DNA of 64,000 bases from assembly GCA_964607225.1 (NCBI GenBank), contig CAZSIU010000001.1, positions 18 through 64,017 on the forward strand, given 5' to 3'. The notes under the pieces were generated by a model. The model was not told the origin of the DNA. It saw only the letters and a program-made list of their open reading frames with translations, and made no database searches. Shown here piece by piece: positions 51,738-62,193 of the stretch. The position numbers and the translations under genes are program-made. The first letter of the stretch is position 1; every line of letters starts with the position of its first letter. Source of the DNA: an uncultured Methanosarcinales archaeon (GTDB lineage Archaea > Nanobdellota > Nanobdellia > Woesearchaeales > GW2011-AR4).

Positions 51738-52700
51738 ATGAAAGCGTTAATTACCGGTGGTATGGGTTTTATAGGTAGTAATCTTGCCAATAAACTGGTT
51801 TCTGAAGGAGCCGAAGTCACCATAATAGACTCTATGATACCTGGCCTTGGTGGAAATGATTTTAATATCAGTGAAATAAAGGACAGAGTAAAAGTAGTTA
51901 AAAAAGACATAAGAGACACGGAGATAATCAATGAAGTCGTAAAGGATAAGGAATATATATTTCACCTCGCCGGGCAGGTTGATCATAAAAGAAGCATAGA
52001 AAATCCTTTAGAAGATGTCGGATTGAGGATTAACGGCACAATATCCCTTCTTGAAGCATGCAGAAAAAATAATCCAAAAGCTAAAATAGTATTTAGCAGC
52101 ACAAGGGCAGTATATGGAGAAGTTAAAAAGATCCCTGTGGATGAGGCGACAAGGACCAATCCGAAAGGGATGTACGCGATAACCAGCCTAGCTGCGGAAA
52201 ACATAATTCTTATGTACCATAATTTATACGGCATCTGGGCAACGATAGTGAGGCTTACCAACATTTACGGGCCAAGGCATCAGATGAAAAGGGATTATGG
52301 CATAGTCAATTACTTCATTAAGCAGGCCCTAAGCAGAGAGCCTATAACTGTCATGGGTTCCGGTAAGATACTTAGGGATTTTTTATATGTTGAAGATGCA
52401 TGCGATGCATTGACAGAATGCGCAAAGAGTAAGAGCACCAATGGCGAAATTCTGAATATAGGCACAGGCAAAGGAATAAGTTTCATTGACATGGCCAGTC
52501 AAATACGGAATTTAACCGGTGCAGACATTAAGCTTATAGAGTTTCCAGAGTACAAAAAGCAACTGGAGCCTGGAGACTTCGTGGCAGATGACAGAAAAAT
52601 TAAGTCTATGGTTGGTTGGAAATCCAAAACCAAAATAGAGGAAGGACTTGTTAAGAGTATTGACTTCTATAAAAGAAATAAAGAGTGGTATTGGCGCTAG
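51738..52700 (+). CDS. NAD-dependent epimerase/dehydratase
   Basis: GGMGFIG, HLAG, RLTNIYGP, RDFLYVED. YxxxK appears as YAITS. Confidence 0.85.
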   Translation: MKALITGGMGFIGSNLANKLVSEGAEVTIIDSMIPGLGGNDFNISEIKDRVKVVKKDIRDTEIINEVVKDKEYIFHLAGQVDHKRSIENPLEDVGLRINGTISLLEACRKNNPKAKIVFSSTRAVYGEVKKIPVDEATRTNPKGMYAITSLAAENIILMYHNLYGIWATIVRLTNIYGPRHQMKRDYGIVNYFIKQALSREPITVMGSGKILRDFLYVEDACDALTECAKSKSTNGEILNIGTGKGISFIDMASQIRNLTGADIKLIEFPEYKKQLEPGDFVADDRKIKSMVGWKSKTKIEEGLVKSIDFYKRNKEWYWR

Positions 52701-52741
52701 CTATTAGAAATATATTTAAATCTATCAAATTTTTGGGTGTT

Positions 52742-53863
52742 ATGAAAATTCTTTTTGTGATGAAGAGATTTTCATCAGGAAAGGACATGGTCTTGGAAGA
52801 TTTCGGCAGGCAGATGCGTCTAGCAGACGAGTTAAACAGGCTTGGGCATAAAGTCGATTTCTTATGCGCCGATTACAAGGCTAAAGAAAATTTTGAAAAG
52901 ATAGTCAACGGCAAAAGAGTAAATGTAATAGGGATTTCTGTCTTTAGTATATTTCAGTTAATAAAAAGGTTGAATAAGGTTGCAAAAGGCTACGATGCTA
53001 TAATAGGAGCTACAGATCCTATTTTTGGTATAATAGTGCATAGGCCAGCAAAGAAAAACAAAAAGTTATTTATCTACGATATACAGGACAACTATGAGAC
53101 ATATCTTACTGGAAAGATACCATTTTTAAGGCTATTGGAAAGAAAGGCCATGAGGGATGCAGATTTGGTATTGGTTGAGAGTTATCTGCTTGAGAAGAAG
53201 ATAAAAAGATTTAACAAAAGAACTTTAGTGATTCCCAACGGGGTATCTTATGATATAAACAAAGTGACAGAGAAGAAAAAGGCAAGAAGAATTCTTAATT
53301 TGCCTCTGGATAAAAAGATAATAGTATATGCAGGAAGATACCATGGAAGCCATGAGAAGGAAGGTGTCGATCTCCTCCTCAAGGTCTTTTCAAAACTTAG
53401 AGGCCAAAATAGCAAATATAAAGATGTTACGCTTCTTTTGATTGGTGATGGAAATCGTCAACGCCTTAAAATTGAGAGGAACAAAGGCAATATTATCGCG
53501 CTTGATTCTATGCCCTATAAGAAGCTTATGGTGGCCCTTAGTGCATCTGATGTTATGGTATTGCCATATACCAAAACAAGATTTACTCAATATATGTTGA
53601 CACCATACAAATTGCCTGAATATATGGTCTTTAACAGGCCGATTGTTTGTAGCAATGTTGGTGAGTTCAAAAAAATGTTGAAGGAGACCAGAGATCTTGT
53701 TTTTAACCCTGGTGATCATGATGATTTCATTGAAAAGCTGAAAAAGGCCCTCTATTACAACAAAAAAATCGACTATTCCCAAGAATTAAAGAACTATACT
53801 TGGGAAAACATAGCCAAAAAGCTTAATAAGAGTCTAAGGAGAATTGCGCATAAGAATGAGTAG
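52742..53863 (+). CDS. GT4 family glycosyltransferase
   Basis: YDIQD, IPNGV, YAG, PYKLPEYM, YTWENIA. Start at MKILFV. Confidence 0.87.
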   Translation: MKILFVMKRFSSGKDMVLEDFGRQMRLADELNRLGHKVDFLCADYKAKENFEKIVNGKRVNVIGISVFSIFQLIKRLNKVAKGYDAIIGATDPIFGIIVHRPAKKNKKLFIYDIQDNYETYLTGKIPFLRLLERKAMRDADLVLVESYLLEKKIKRFNKRTLVIPNGVSYDINKVTEKKKARRILNLPLDKKIIVYAGRYHGSHEKEGVDLLLKVFSKLRGQNSKYKDVTLLLIGDGNRQRLKIERNKGNIIALDSMPYKKLMVALSASDVMVLPYTKTRFTQYMLTPYKLPEYMVFNRPIVCSNVGEFKKMLKETRDLVFNPGDHDDFIEKLKKALYYNKKIDYSQELKNYTWENIAKKLNKSLRRIAHKNE

Positions 53864-53874
53864 GCGCTGTATTC

Positions 53875-54612
53875 TTATTTGTTTTTTGTATGCATTTTCA
53901 GTTTTTTTTCTCTGATTATTGTTGTTGCATGATAAAGGGATTCAAGTGTTCCTGCATCTGTCCAAAATCCTTTCAAAACAGAGTAGGATAAACTGTCTTG
54001 TTTGATATACCAGTTCAATATATCTGTTATTTCAAGTTCCCCTCTGGCAGAAGGTTTAAGTTTGGGTATTATACCAAAAACTCGAAAATCAAACATATAC
54101 ACCCCTGCTTCGGCTAGATTGCTTTTTGGATATTTTGGTTTTTCAACTACAGATATAACTTTATCAGAATCTATCTCAACAACACCATACCTCTTAGGGT
54201 CACGAACTTTCTTTACAAAAATCATAGCACCCCAATCAGATTCCAGAAACTGCTGTACTTCTTCTTTAAGAGAGTCCTCCATTATGTTATCTCCTAGAAC
54301 CATCATAAACTTCTCATTGCCAACAAACTCTCTTGCAAGTCCAAGTGCAGCCGGAATCCCTGCAGATCCAATCTGCGCCTTATATGTTATTTTAACTCCT
54401 AGCTCTTCCCCGCTGCCCAACAGCTTCAGAAAATCACCTATGCTTTCTCCTCCAACTATAATTAGAATATCAGTGATTCCAGAAGTTTTAAGTGTTTTTA
54501 TTGGATAGTATATCATTGGTTCGTCATATACAGGAAGCAAATGCTTATTAGTCACTTTTGTTAGTGGGTTTAATCTCGAACCTGTTCCTCCCGCCAAAAC
54601 TACTCCTTTCAT
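53875..54612 (-). CDS. rmlA: Glucose-1-phosphate thymidylyltransferase (short RmlA/SpsI-like)
   Basis: LAGGTGSRL, NKHLLPVYD, LGDN, VEKP, RGELEITD. Confidence 0.88.
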   Translation of the reverse strand: MKGVVLAGGTGSRLNPLTKVTNKHLLPVYDEPMIYYPIKTLKTSGITDILIIVGGESIGDFLKLLGSGEELGVKITYKAQIGSAGIPAALGLAREFVGNEKFMMVLGDNIMEDSLKEEVQQFLESDWGAMIFVKKVRDPKRYGVVEIDSDKVISVVEKPKYPKSNLAEAGVYMFDFRVFGIIPKLKPSARGELEITDILNWYIKQDSLSYSVLKGFWTDAGTLESLYHATTIIREKKLKMHTKNK

Positions 54613-54666
54613 GCTAAAAAATAACCTCCGGTGATTTTTGGCATCCTAAAGATTTTAAGAAAATTT

Positions 54667-55620
54667 TTATGATTTTAATTTTCTCCACCAAGTCTCATTG
54701 TTTTTATACCAATCTACGGTAATTTTTAAAGCTTCCTCAAATTTATATTTTTTGAACCATCCAAGAGATTTGATTTTTTTTGCATTTAACGAGTATCTTC
54801 TGTCATGGCCTTTTCTGTCCTTAACAAATTCAATAAATGAAGCGTCTTTCCCAAGAATTTTAAGAAGTTTATAGGTAAGTTCCATATTGGACATTTCGTT
54901 TCCAGATGCGATATTGTAAATCTGCCCATCCTTACCTTTATGCAGAACGAAATCAATTGCTTCACAATTATCCTCTACATAAATCCAGTCTCGAACATTT
55001 TTTCCATCTCCGTATAAAGGTACCCTCTTATTCTCCAAAAGATTTGTGATGAACAAGGGGATTACTTTCTCAGGATACTGGTAAGGTCCAAAATTGTTAG
55101 TGCTTCTTGCTATAGTGACAGGGAGCTTGTAGGTTATGTAATAAGACACGCATAGAAGATCTGCAGCGGCTTTGCTTGATGAATAAGGGCTACTAGGATT
55201 TAAATTAGAATTTTCATCAAAAGAACTTTTATCTATGCTGCCATAAACTTCGTCCGTGCTTATTTGTAAAAGGCGTTTTTCATATTTCAATGCTGCCTTT
55301 AAAAGTATGTGGGTTCCTACAATATTTGTGCTTACAAAGGGATCAGACTCCAAGATAGACCTATCAACATGGCTTTCAGCTGCAAAATTGACAATTAGGT
55401 CAACATTATCCATTATCTTTGACACAACTTTTGGATCACATATATCAGCCTTGACAAACTCGTAGTTTTTATTGTTTTTAAAATCTTTAACATTATCAGT
55501 ATTCCCAGCGTAAGTAAGCTTATCAAGATTAATAACTTTGTAGTCTGGATATTTTTTGAGAATTAGCCTAATAAAATTACTCCCTATAAACCCGCATCCT
55601 CCTGTTACGAGTAGTCTCAT
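54667..55620 (-). CDS. rmlB: dTDP-glucose 4,6-dehydratase
   Basis: DKLTYAG, AAESHVDRSI, STDEVYG, SPYSSSK, DRKGHDRRY. Confidence 0.95.
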   Translation of the reverse strand: MRLLVTGGCGFIGSNFIRLILKKYPDYKVINLDKLTYAGNTDNVKDFKNNKNYEFVKADICDPKVVSKIMDNVDLIVNFAAESHVDRSILESDPFVSTNIVGTHILLKAALKYEKRLLQISTDEVYGSIDKSSFDENSNLNPSSPYSSSKAAADLLCVSYYITYKLPVTIARSTNNFGPYQYPEKVIPLFITNLLENKRVPLYGDGKNVRDWIYVEDNCEAIDFVLHKGKDGQIYNIASGNEMSNMELTYKLLKILGKDASFIEFVKDRKGHDRRYSLNAKKIKSLGWFKKYKFEEALKITVDWYKNNETWWRKLKS

Positions 55621-55708
55621 ATTTTCAGAAAAAATTGATATAGATTTATAAAGTTAATGGAGACTAGAAAGCCATAGTATTACTTTCTTAAAAGCAAATA
55701 AATTTAGT

Positions 55709-56305
55709 TCAAGAAGCTCTTTGCACTATGTATACCCTGGAAGGCATAAGAGATGTTCTCACAATATCAATCATTTTATAATTACTATTCTTAATAATAG
55801 CTTCTATTCTATCCAGATTTACATACAAAGAATTAACAGCTATCATTAGTTTCAAATTTTTAGGAGTTTCCTTCAAAAGCCGTTCAACAAATTCATAACC
55901 GGATTTATCCTGCCTATTTGCGAAAGGGGGATTAACAATAGCCCAATCAAAGTTTTCTTTTAACCCTTTGAAGAGGTCTCTTTTTTCTATTTTAAATTTA
56001 ACTTTATTGTCTTTCATAGCTATCTTTGCACTTTTTATTATATTATCATCTATTTCTGTTGCAGTAACGTCAACATTTTTATTTTTTTTAAGCCAAATAC
56101 TATGTATAGCAAAGGAACCTGTACCTATATCAAGAATCCTATCTCCGTCTTTAACAAATTTATTCAAAGCTTTTTTCATTAATATGGTTGCGAAGCATAT
56201 CTGGCTTCTAGTACTACCTTTTCTACAGTCTACTCCAAATAGAAGTTTTGCAAAAAAATTATTTGAAGTTATTTTTGTTATGGCTTTTCTAAATATTGTA
56301 AGCAT
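55709..56305 (-). CDS. SAM-dependent methyltransferase (NPPF motif)
   Basis: LDIGTG, ATEID, NPPF. Confidence 0.8.
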   Translation of the reverse strand: MLTIFRKAITKITSNNFFAKLLFGVDCRKGSTRSQICFATILMKKALNKFVKDGDRILDIGTGSFAIHSIWLKKNKNVDVTATEIDDNIIKSAKIAMKDNKVKFKIEKRDLFKGLKENFDWAIVNPPFANRQDKSGYEFVERLLKETPKNLKLMIAVNSLYVNLDRIEAIIKNSNYKMIDIVRTSLMPSRVYIVQRAS

Positions 56306-56419
56306 TTTTATTGTTTATGAAAATTTATGCAAATAAGGTTGGATTAAATTGAGTATTTAATAATTTTTGGAATATCAAGAATAATTAATTTATTAATTTT
56401 ATAAAATTCATATTAATAA

Positions 56420-57985
56420 TTACTTATTCCTATTTGTTTTAAGAAAGTATTTTAGGAAAGGTATGCTTATTCCAGTTTTTCTTTCTGCTGCTTCAAAAAT
56501 AGCAATATCTTCTTTAGAGAAAGATTTGAAAAGAATTAGCAATACAAAATAAAATATCATGTAGAGTAGAATTGCACTTATGAAAAGATATGTGCTAAAT
56601 AAATTTAATATTTTGAATAAAGAAAAAACTGCGATAAATGATATTATAGCTGAATAAATGTATTTTTTGTATAGATTTAAATCAAAACTAAAATGTAATA
56701 TTTTCTTGAATTTAACAAATCTAATAATAGTAAAAAATATTAATGATAATGTGGTGGATATTGATGCGCCTATCATACCATATGGAGGAATTAAGAGAAA
56801 GTTAAGTAAGATGTTAATGACTAATGCGATAAGTGTAGAGACACCTAAAAACTTTATTTTTTTATAAGTGCGCAAGCCTTGTTCTGAAAGACCAAAAATA
56901 GCTAGTGGAAAGTATCCCAATGTTAGGATAACTAACGGTATGGCTGCATCCAAATATTTATGTCCAAATACAAGTGACAATGTTCTACTTGGAAACACTA
57001 TAATGAATACCAAAAGGGGTAATGCCAAAACAAATATCCACCTTGATGTAACCTCAAATGTTTTTCGAATTGAGGTTTTTTGCTTTTTTGCATATAATTC
57101 TGATATTATAGGATAAAACATATCACCAATTGCAATCCATATTATCAAGAAGGCTGAGGAGATGACATAAGCTGTATTATAAAAACCGACTTCTAAACTG
57201 GATCTAAAAACACCTATCATTATTATGTCAGTCCAACCAAGAGCTATGTCAAGTATTCCAACTATCATTAATGGTATAGAAAATGATAGAAGTTGCTTAA
57301 CATCAAAAACTGGATTTATTTCCTTTTTAAAAATGACTGGCATATTTTTTAATAAGATTTTTCCTAAAAGTATTGATGCAACAATCAAAGAAATTAATAA
57401 GGATGTTATATACATCCAACTTAGAAAAAGTAGTGAAGCTGAAATTGATATGGCAAATAAAAGCAATAATAAGTTAAAAAATTTCTCAAAAATAGTCTCG
57501 GAAACAATTGAATACTCTGGTTTCTTGAAAGTAAAAAAATAGAATTTAAGCAATTGGGCTATAACAATAAGAGGTATACCAAATGAAAATATTGAAATTA
57601 TTGGTGCAAGTTCTTCTATTTTAAAAATATTCAATGCTAAACTTTGTGATGAATAATATAAAGCCAAAAAAATTATGATGCTTGATGGAATTGTAATGCA
57701 AAAGCTTAGTATAATTATACCTTTTACTCTATCAAATCTTTTAATAGCTAAATAATGATTTATAAACTTTCCAATACTATGATGTATTCCAACAAGACCA
57801 AAAAGAGCACCAATATTTAGGAATACAATTCCCATTGACAACAAACCGTAATCTGAAGGACTGAGATAGCGTGCTGCAAGTATCCTGTAAAGAAGAAATG
57901 TTAAAGAAGAGAGTATCATTCCTGTAAATATGATTAATCCACCTTTTGCAATTTTCTTGATTGCATATTCTTCAGACGCATTCAT
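56420..57985 (-). CDS. MOP-family flippase
   Basis: ARYLSPSDYG, FSIPL, DIIMIG, VGFYN, LIPPYGMIGASI. Confidence 0.9.
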   Translation of the reverse strand: MNASEEYAIKKIAKGGLIIFTGMILSSLTFLLYRILAARYLSPSDYGLLSMGIVFLNIGALFGLVGIHHSIGKFINHYLAIKRFDRVKGIIILSFCITIPSSIIIFLALYYSSQSLALNIFKIEELAPIISIFSFGIPLIVIAQLLKFYFFTFKKPEYSIVSETIFEKFFNLLLLLFAISISASLLFLSWMYITSLLISLIVASILLGKILLKNMPVIFKKEINPVFDVKQLLSFSIPLMIVGILDIALGWTDIIMIGVFRSSLEVGFYNTAYVISSAFLIIWIAIGDMFYPIISELYAKKQKTSIRKTFEVTSRWIFVLALPLLVFIIVFPSRTLSLVFGHKYLDAAIPLVILTLGYFPLAIFGLSEQGLRTYKKIKFLGVSTLIALVINILLNFLLIPPYGMIGASISTTLSLIFFTIIRFVKFKKILHFSFDLNLYKKYIYSAIISFIAVFSLFKILNLFSTYLFISAILLYMIFYFVLLILFKSFSKEDIAIFEAAERKTGISIPFLKYFLKTNRNK

Positions 57986-58027
57986 AAATTTAAGAAAAGA
58001 AGTGCAGTTTTAAATATTTGTATAATT

Positions 58028-60067
58028 TTAAGCAAGTATTGTGGCATTTTTATTTATTTTATAAATGTTAACCTCTAAACTTGATTCGTTTTCTGAATAA
58101 ACTTTTGTAATATATTTACTATCTAAATTATTAAATATAACTGATTTATGAAACAGTGGATGCTCTTTGGCTAATTTTGTTATAAACAAATGCGTGATTC
58201 CTTTTTTGGAAAGAAAATTTAAAGCCTCATTAAGGTTTCTAGTTTCATATATCGGCCTTAGCTCATGTGTATCAGCAGGAAAATATTTTGTTGGAAACAA
58301 ATATAATCTTTCATCAAAAAAAAGAATGGTGTCTTCCGGAGATAAGTTATCTTTCATCCAACTATGGGAAGGTTCGTGAAGACTATAAGCTATATCTTTC
58401 CCAAGTTCGTCAGTTTGAAAAAATTTTAGAGGATAAATCAATAAACTGAGAAATACGGGAAGAAGGAAAATTGAAATTATAAGATAACGTGTAATATTAG
58501 ATTTTTTGATTTCCAAAAATTGGAATGTGCCAAATAAAATCAATATTACGGATACAATGATAAATTCTGAAAATCTCTCGAATCCTATTTGCTCATAGAG
58601 AGGTGATATGAAATAAGTTGCAAGATTAAAAGCTGCAAATAAAATAAATGCAAAAGAAAGAAAATTGAGAAAGGATCTTTTTCCTTGATTTTTGATGTAT
58701 GCTATAAAAGAAGGTCCAACTATAACAGTTGCAATCATATATGGCCCAAACAGGTACGTGTATGAATTAGGCTGTGCTATCTCATCTCCTCTCAAAAATG
58801 CAGCCCACAAAACAAAAAATGTAATTGAAAATCCTGAAATAATTTTTTCTGAGAAGCTTTTACGATAAAATAGAATCCAAGAAATAAAGACGGGAAATAA
58901 AAGTATACCGTATCTAAAAATTAGATCTAGTGGGCTCCTTGAAAAGAGAGAGCCACTGGCCCAATAAAGTATATTTTCTTTAACCCAATCATCTATGTAT
59001 TTTCCATCAAAAAAATTGAACAATAGTGGATAAATAGGATTTCCTGTTAATAGAATAGTCCTCAATGCGTGAGGGATTATAAGAACTAGTCCAATTATAG
59101 CAGCAATGATAAAATGCTTTAGAATTTTTTTCCTATTTTGTTTATGAATAAATATAAGAGTTAAGGTCAAAATGAATACTAAGGAGGTTATTCCAATAAT
59201 GCTAGTGTATTTTACCCAATATGAAAAAGCAGACATTATTGCAGCTAAATATAATAATGAAGGTGAATAAGTTTTGAGGAATTGCACAATTAAAGAGACC
59301 GACGTCACAAAAAAAAATCCTGCATAAATATCTGTATTTTGAAAAATAGCGATATTTGAAAAATAATATGATGCAAGTGCGATTAGAATAACCCCTAAAG
59401 ATTGTTCAATTGTTCTTTCAAGTATGACTCTGCTTAAATGGTACAGAACCGCGAGCGTAAAAAGACCATAAATAAAAGGAAGCAATTTCGGAACAATAAG
59501 ATTTTCCTTTCCTTGAGCAAAATAAAATATGGAATAGCTGAAATACCCAAGAGGAGGATAAGCTCTTTCTACTTCGCTGATTGACGGGGAAATGTCGCTG
59601 GGTAAATATCCTGTCAAGAAAGTCTCTTGAGCTATTGGGAGATGATACAAAAATGAATCATACTTGTAAATTGGAACCACCAAAGAATTAAAAAACATAA
59701 AAAATACGATCAAAGAAATATGAACGATCATTACTATTGACAAAGGAGAAAGTTTATCTGAATTTAAGGCACGTAATCTTAGTTTTTTGAGTTTTGCAAG
59801 AAAGCCAGTTCGTTTTAGGAAATATGAAAGAAAAAAAAGTACAGCTAAAAGAATCAAAAGAGTACTCCAAATAAATATTTGATTTAGTTTTATGTTCAAC
59901 AGAGTATTTACGGAGTATAGCAATATGTTCAACATCCCAACTCCCATTGGAAATGAAAGGACTAAAATTTGTAAATTGTCTGAATTTTTTAAAATTAATA
60001 TCAACGAAAAGAACCCTAATAAGAAGACACCTAATGTAAACAATATCAATAAAAGTAAATCAAACAT
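58028..60067 (-). CDS. Large GT-C-like membrane glycosyltransferase
   Basis: Many TM segments, YD...YHL loop, YPP, GNPIYP, soluble C-terminal domain. Confidence 0.7.
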   Translation of the reverse strand: MFDLLLLILFTLGVFLLGFFSLILILKNSDNLQILVLSFPMGVGMLNILLYSVNTLLNIKLNQIFIWSTLLILLAVLFFLSYFLKRTGFLAKLKKLRLRALNSDKLSPLSIVMIVHISLIVFFMFFNSLVVPIYKYDSFLYHLPIAQETFLTGYLPSDISPSISEVERAYPPLGYFSYSIFYFAQGKENLIVPKLLPFIYGLFTLAVLYHLSRVILERTIEQSLGVILIALASYYFSNIAIFQNTDIYAGFFFVTSVSLIVQFLKTYSPSLLYLAAIMSAFSYWVKYTSIIGITSLVFILTLTLIFIHKQNRKKILKHFIIAAIIGLVLIIPHALRTILLTGNPIYPLLFNFFDGKYIDDWVKENILYWASGSLFSRSPLDLIFRYGILLFPVFISWILFYRKSFSEKIISGFSITFFVLWAAFLRGDEIAQPNSYTYLFGPYMIATVIVGPSFIAYIKNQGKRSFLNFLSFAFILFAAFNLATYFISPLYEQIGFERFSEFIIVSVILILFGTFQFLEIKKSNITRYLIISIFLLPVFLSLLIYPLKFFQTDELGKDIAYSLHEPSHSWMKDNLSPEDTILFFDERLYLFPTKYFPADTHELRPIYETRNLNEALNFLSKKGITHLFITKLAKEHPLFHKSVIFNNLDSKYITKVYSENESSLEVNIYKINKNATILA

Positions 60068-60274
60068 TTTAATTAATTATGAATTCCTAAATCCTGTGAG
60101 ATGTTCAGGGACTATATTAAATACTTTTTGCTTTTTTGATACTATCTTTCAGAAAATTAATCAGATTCGGAGAAAATGATTTGAATAAAAATAGTAGAAA
60201 AAAATATCGTGACAAAACAAAAATTTATATTCTCCTGGAAACTACGGTATTAGGGATTTAACATGTTACTATAA

Positions 60275-60907
60275 TGACCTCCTCTGACGGACTAAAGTCC
60301 GCAGTATCCAGATTCAAGCTAAACCATGATGCTTAGCTTGGTTTAAGATGTACATGACAGTATCGCTTAACTGATTATATCCAACTGTTACAGCAGTTCC
60401 TCCTCTGCTCTAGAGATGTCCTTGCAGATATCTTAAGCGAGCTTTAGGATGGTTTTTGAAAAAGCTGTATGAGAGGAACATCCTTTCAAAAGTTGAAAAG
60501 CATTTTCATCGTTCATGCCTTTTGGCAAAGTCACGAGGGCATGAACATGGTCAGGCATAACATAGATTATGTGCGTCTTGGTGCTATGCCTTGAGGCTGC
60601 TTTGCGAATGCAAGCTTCGCAAAGATTTTTGTACTCAAACTTGGCAAACATTTTATAGCTGTACTTGGTTTGCCAAGTTAAGTGCCAAAAGTTTATACCT
60701 ACCTTATGGTTGTAATGTTCCAATTCGATATTTACATATTCCATTTTCGTTGCTCTGTGCAACGAAAGCTAACGCTAAATCAAAGGGAGAGTGAGCGTGC
60801 CAAATTCCGTTGCATGCTCTTTTTTATTTTGAAAATGTTAGAAAAAAGTTACGAATTAAGCAAGGCAATTCCTCTACAGGCTAAAGCATGTACGAGTATC
60901 CTTGCCT
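60275..60907 (-). mobile_element. IS200/IS605-family element carrying tnpA only (inactive)
   Basis: Right-end hairpin CTG-CGGAC-TTTA-GTCCG-T-CAG then AGGAGGTCA (minus strand). Left-end imperfect hairpin at 60863-60907 with the same TTTA loop. Exact ends approximate. Confidence 0.8.
60314..60744 (-). pseudogene. tnpA: Y1 (HUH) transposase TnpA pseudogene
   Basis: HLTWQTKY, MPDHVH, LKG.SS. Frameshift near 60470, then GHL*(TAG in place of Trp)SRG...YILNQ...stop at 60314. Confidence 0.88.
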
Positions 60908-60933
60908 AAGACAAATGAAAAAAGGAATTTTAA

Positions 60934-61056
60934 AAAATCCCAATAACATTTATCAACAGAACAAAAGGCAAATCAAAGCTTGGCATTCCACAATTGGCAG
61001 CAGGCTATTTCATGATTTTAAAAATAAAAACATTGTCAATGTTGGATAAATTATGA
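60934..61056 (+). pseudogene. C-terminal remnant of a GT2 Dol-P glycosyltransferase
   Basis: KIPITFINRTKGKSKL...*, matching the EIPIxF/YxxRxxGKSKL C-terminal motif (compare 62194-62892). Confidence 0.55.
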
Positions 61057-61147
61057 TGAATTTTGTTTTAATTATGAAAATTTACCTTAAATTTATAAAT
61101 AAGTAGATATTGCACGAAAAGCAACTAAAATAGGTTATAATATCAAA

Positions 61148-62185
61148 ATGAAGATAGTTGTGACAGGAGGAGCAGGCTTTATAGGCTCTCATATTGCCGA
61201 GCATTATGCAAAGAAAGGAAATGAGGTAGTTGTCATAGACAACCTTTCAAGGAACAGGCTTCTGAATAAAAAGAGCAATGACTTTCTGTATAATTGGAAT
61301 TATTTAGGCAAATTCAAAAATATAAGACTTGTAAGAGCTGATGTAAATAATACAAAGATCTTGTTTAATGAAACAAATGGCGCAGACGCTATAATACATG
61401 CTGCCGCCCAGACTGCTGTCACAACATCATTAGCAAACCCAAGGGAGGACTTCGTCAACAATACCTTTACAACCTTTAACGCCCTTGAAGCTGCCAGAAA
61501 AAATGACGTCAAATTTTTTATATACTGCTCAACCAACAAGGTATATGGAGAGAATGTTAACAGGATTGGAATAAAAGAGCTTAAAAAAAGGTATGCTTTC
61601 ACGGGAAAATACGCAAAAGGCGTTGATGAAATGCTTTCTGTTGATTTGTGCGAGCATTCTCCTTATGGATGCTCAAAACTAGCGTCTGACATCTATGCTC
61701 AAGATTATGGAGGTATATACGGCATAAAAACAGGTGTGTTTAGGATGTCATGCATTTACGGCACAAGGCAGTTTGGCGTGGAGGACCAAGGCTGGGTTGC
61801 ATGGTTTACAATTGCGACACTATTAAACAAGCCCATTACAATTTATGGAGATGGAAAGCAAGTAAGAGACATATTATTCATCACAGATGTTATTTCAGCC
61901 TATGATGCTTTTATGAAAAAATCGCCGTCACATGGGGTTTTCAACCTCGGCGGCGGACCAAAATTCAGCATATCACTACTCGAGCTTCTTGATATGCTTA
62001 AAAAATTCATGGGGAAAAGCAGCAAAATAAAATTTGATAAATGGAGAACTTCTGACCAGAAAGTTTATATTTCAGACATCTCAAAGGCTAAAAAATTATT
62101 GAACTGGACACCAAAAATAAGCCCAAAAGAAGGATTAAAGATTCTTGTGAATTGGGCTAAAGATAATATAAAGCTTTTTGGCTAG
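61148..62185 (+). CDS. NAD-dependent epimerase, CDP-paratose 2-epimerase (RfbE/tyvelose)-like
   Basis: GGAGFIG, AQTAVTTS, STNKVYG, SPYGCSK, RMSCIYG, EDQGWVAWF, QVRD. Confidence 0.85.
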   Translation: MKIVVTGGAGFIGSHIAEHYAKKGNEVVVIDNLSRNRLLNKKSNDFLYNWNYLGKFKNIRLVRADVNNTKILFNETNGADAIIHAAAQTAVTTSLANPREDFVNNTFTTFNALEAARKNDVKFFIYCSTNKVYGENVNRIGIKELKKRYAFTGKYAKGVDEMLSVDLCEHSPYGCSKLASDIYAQDYGGIYGIKTGVFRMSCIYGTRQFGVEDQGWVAWFTIATLLNKPITIYGDGKQVRDILFITDVISAYDAFMKKSPSHGVFNLGGGPKFSISLLELLDMLKKFMGKSSKIKFDKWRTSDQKVYISDISKAKKLLNWTPKISPKEGLKILVNWAKDNIKLFG

Positions 62186-62193
62186 GTGACACT

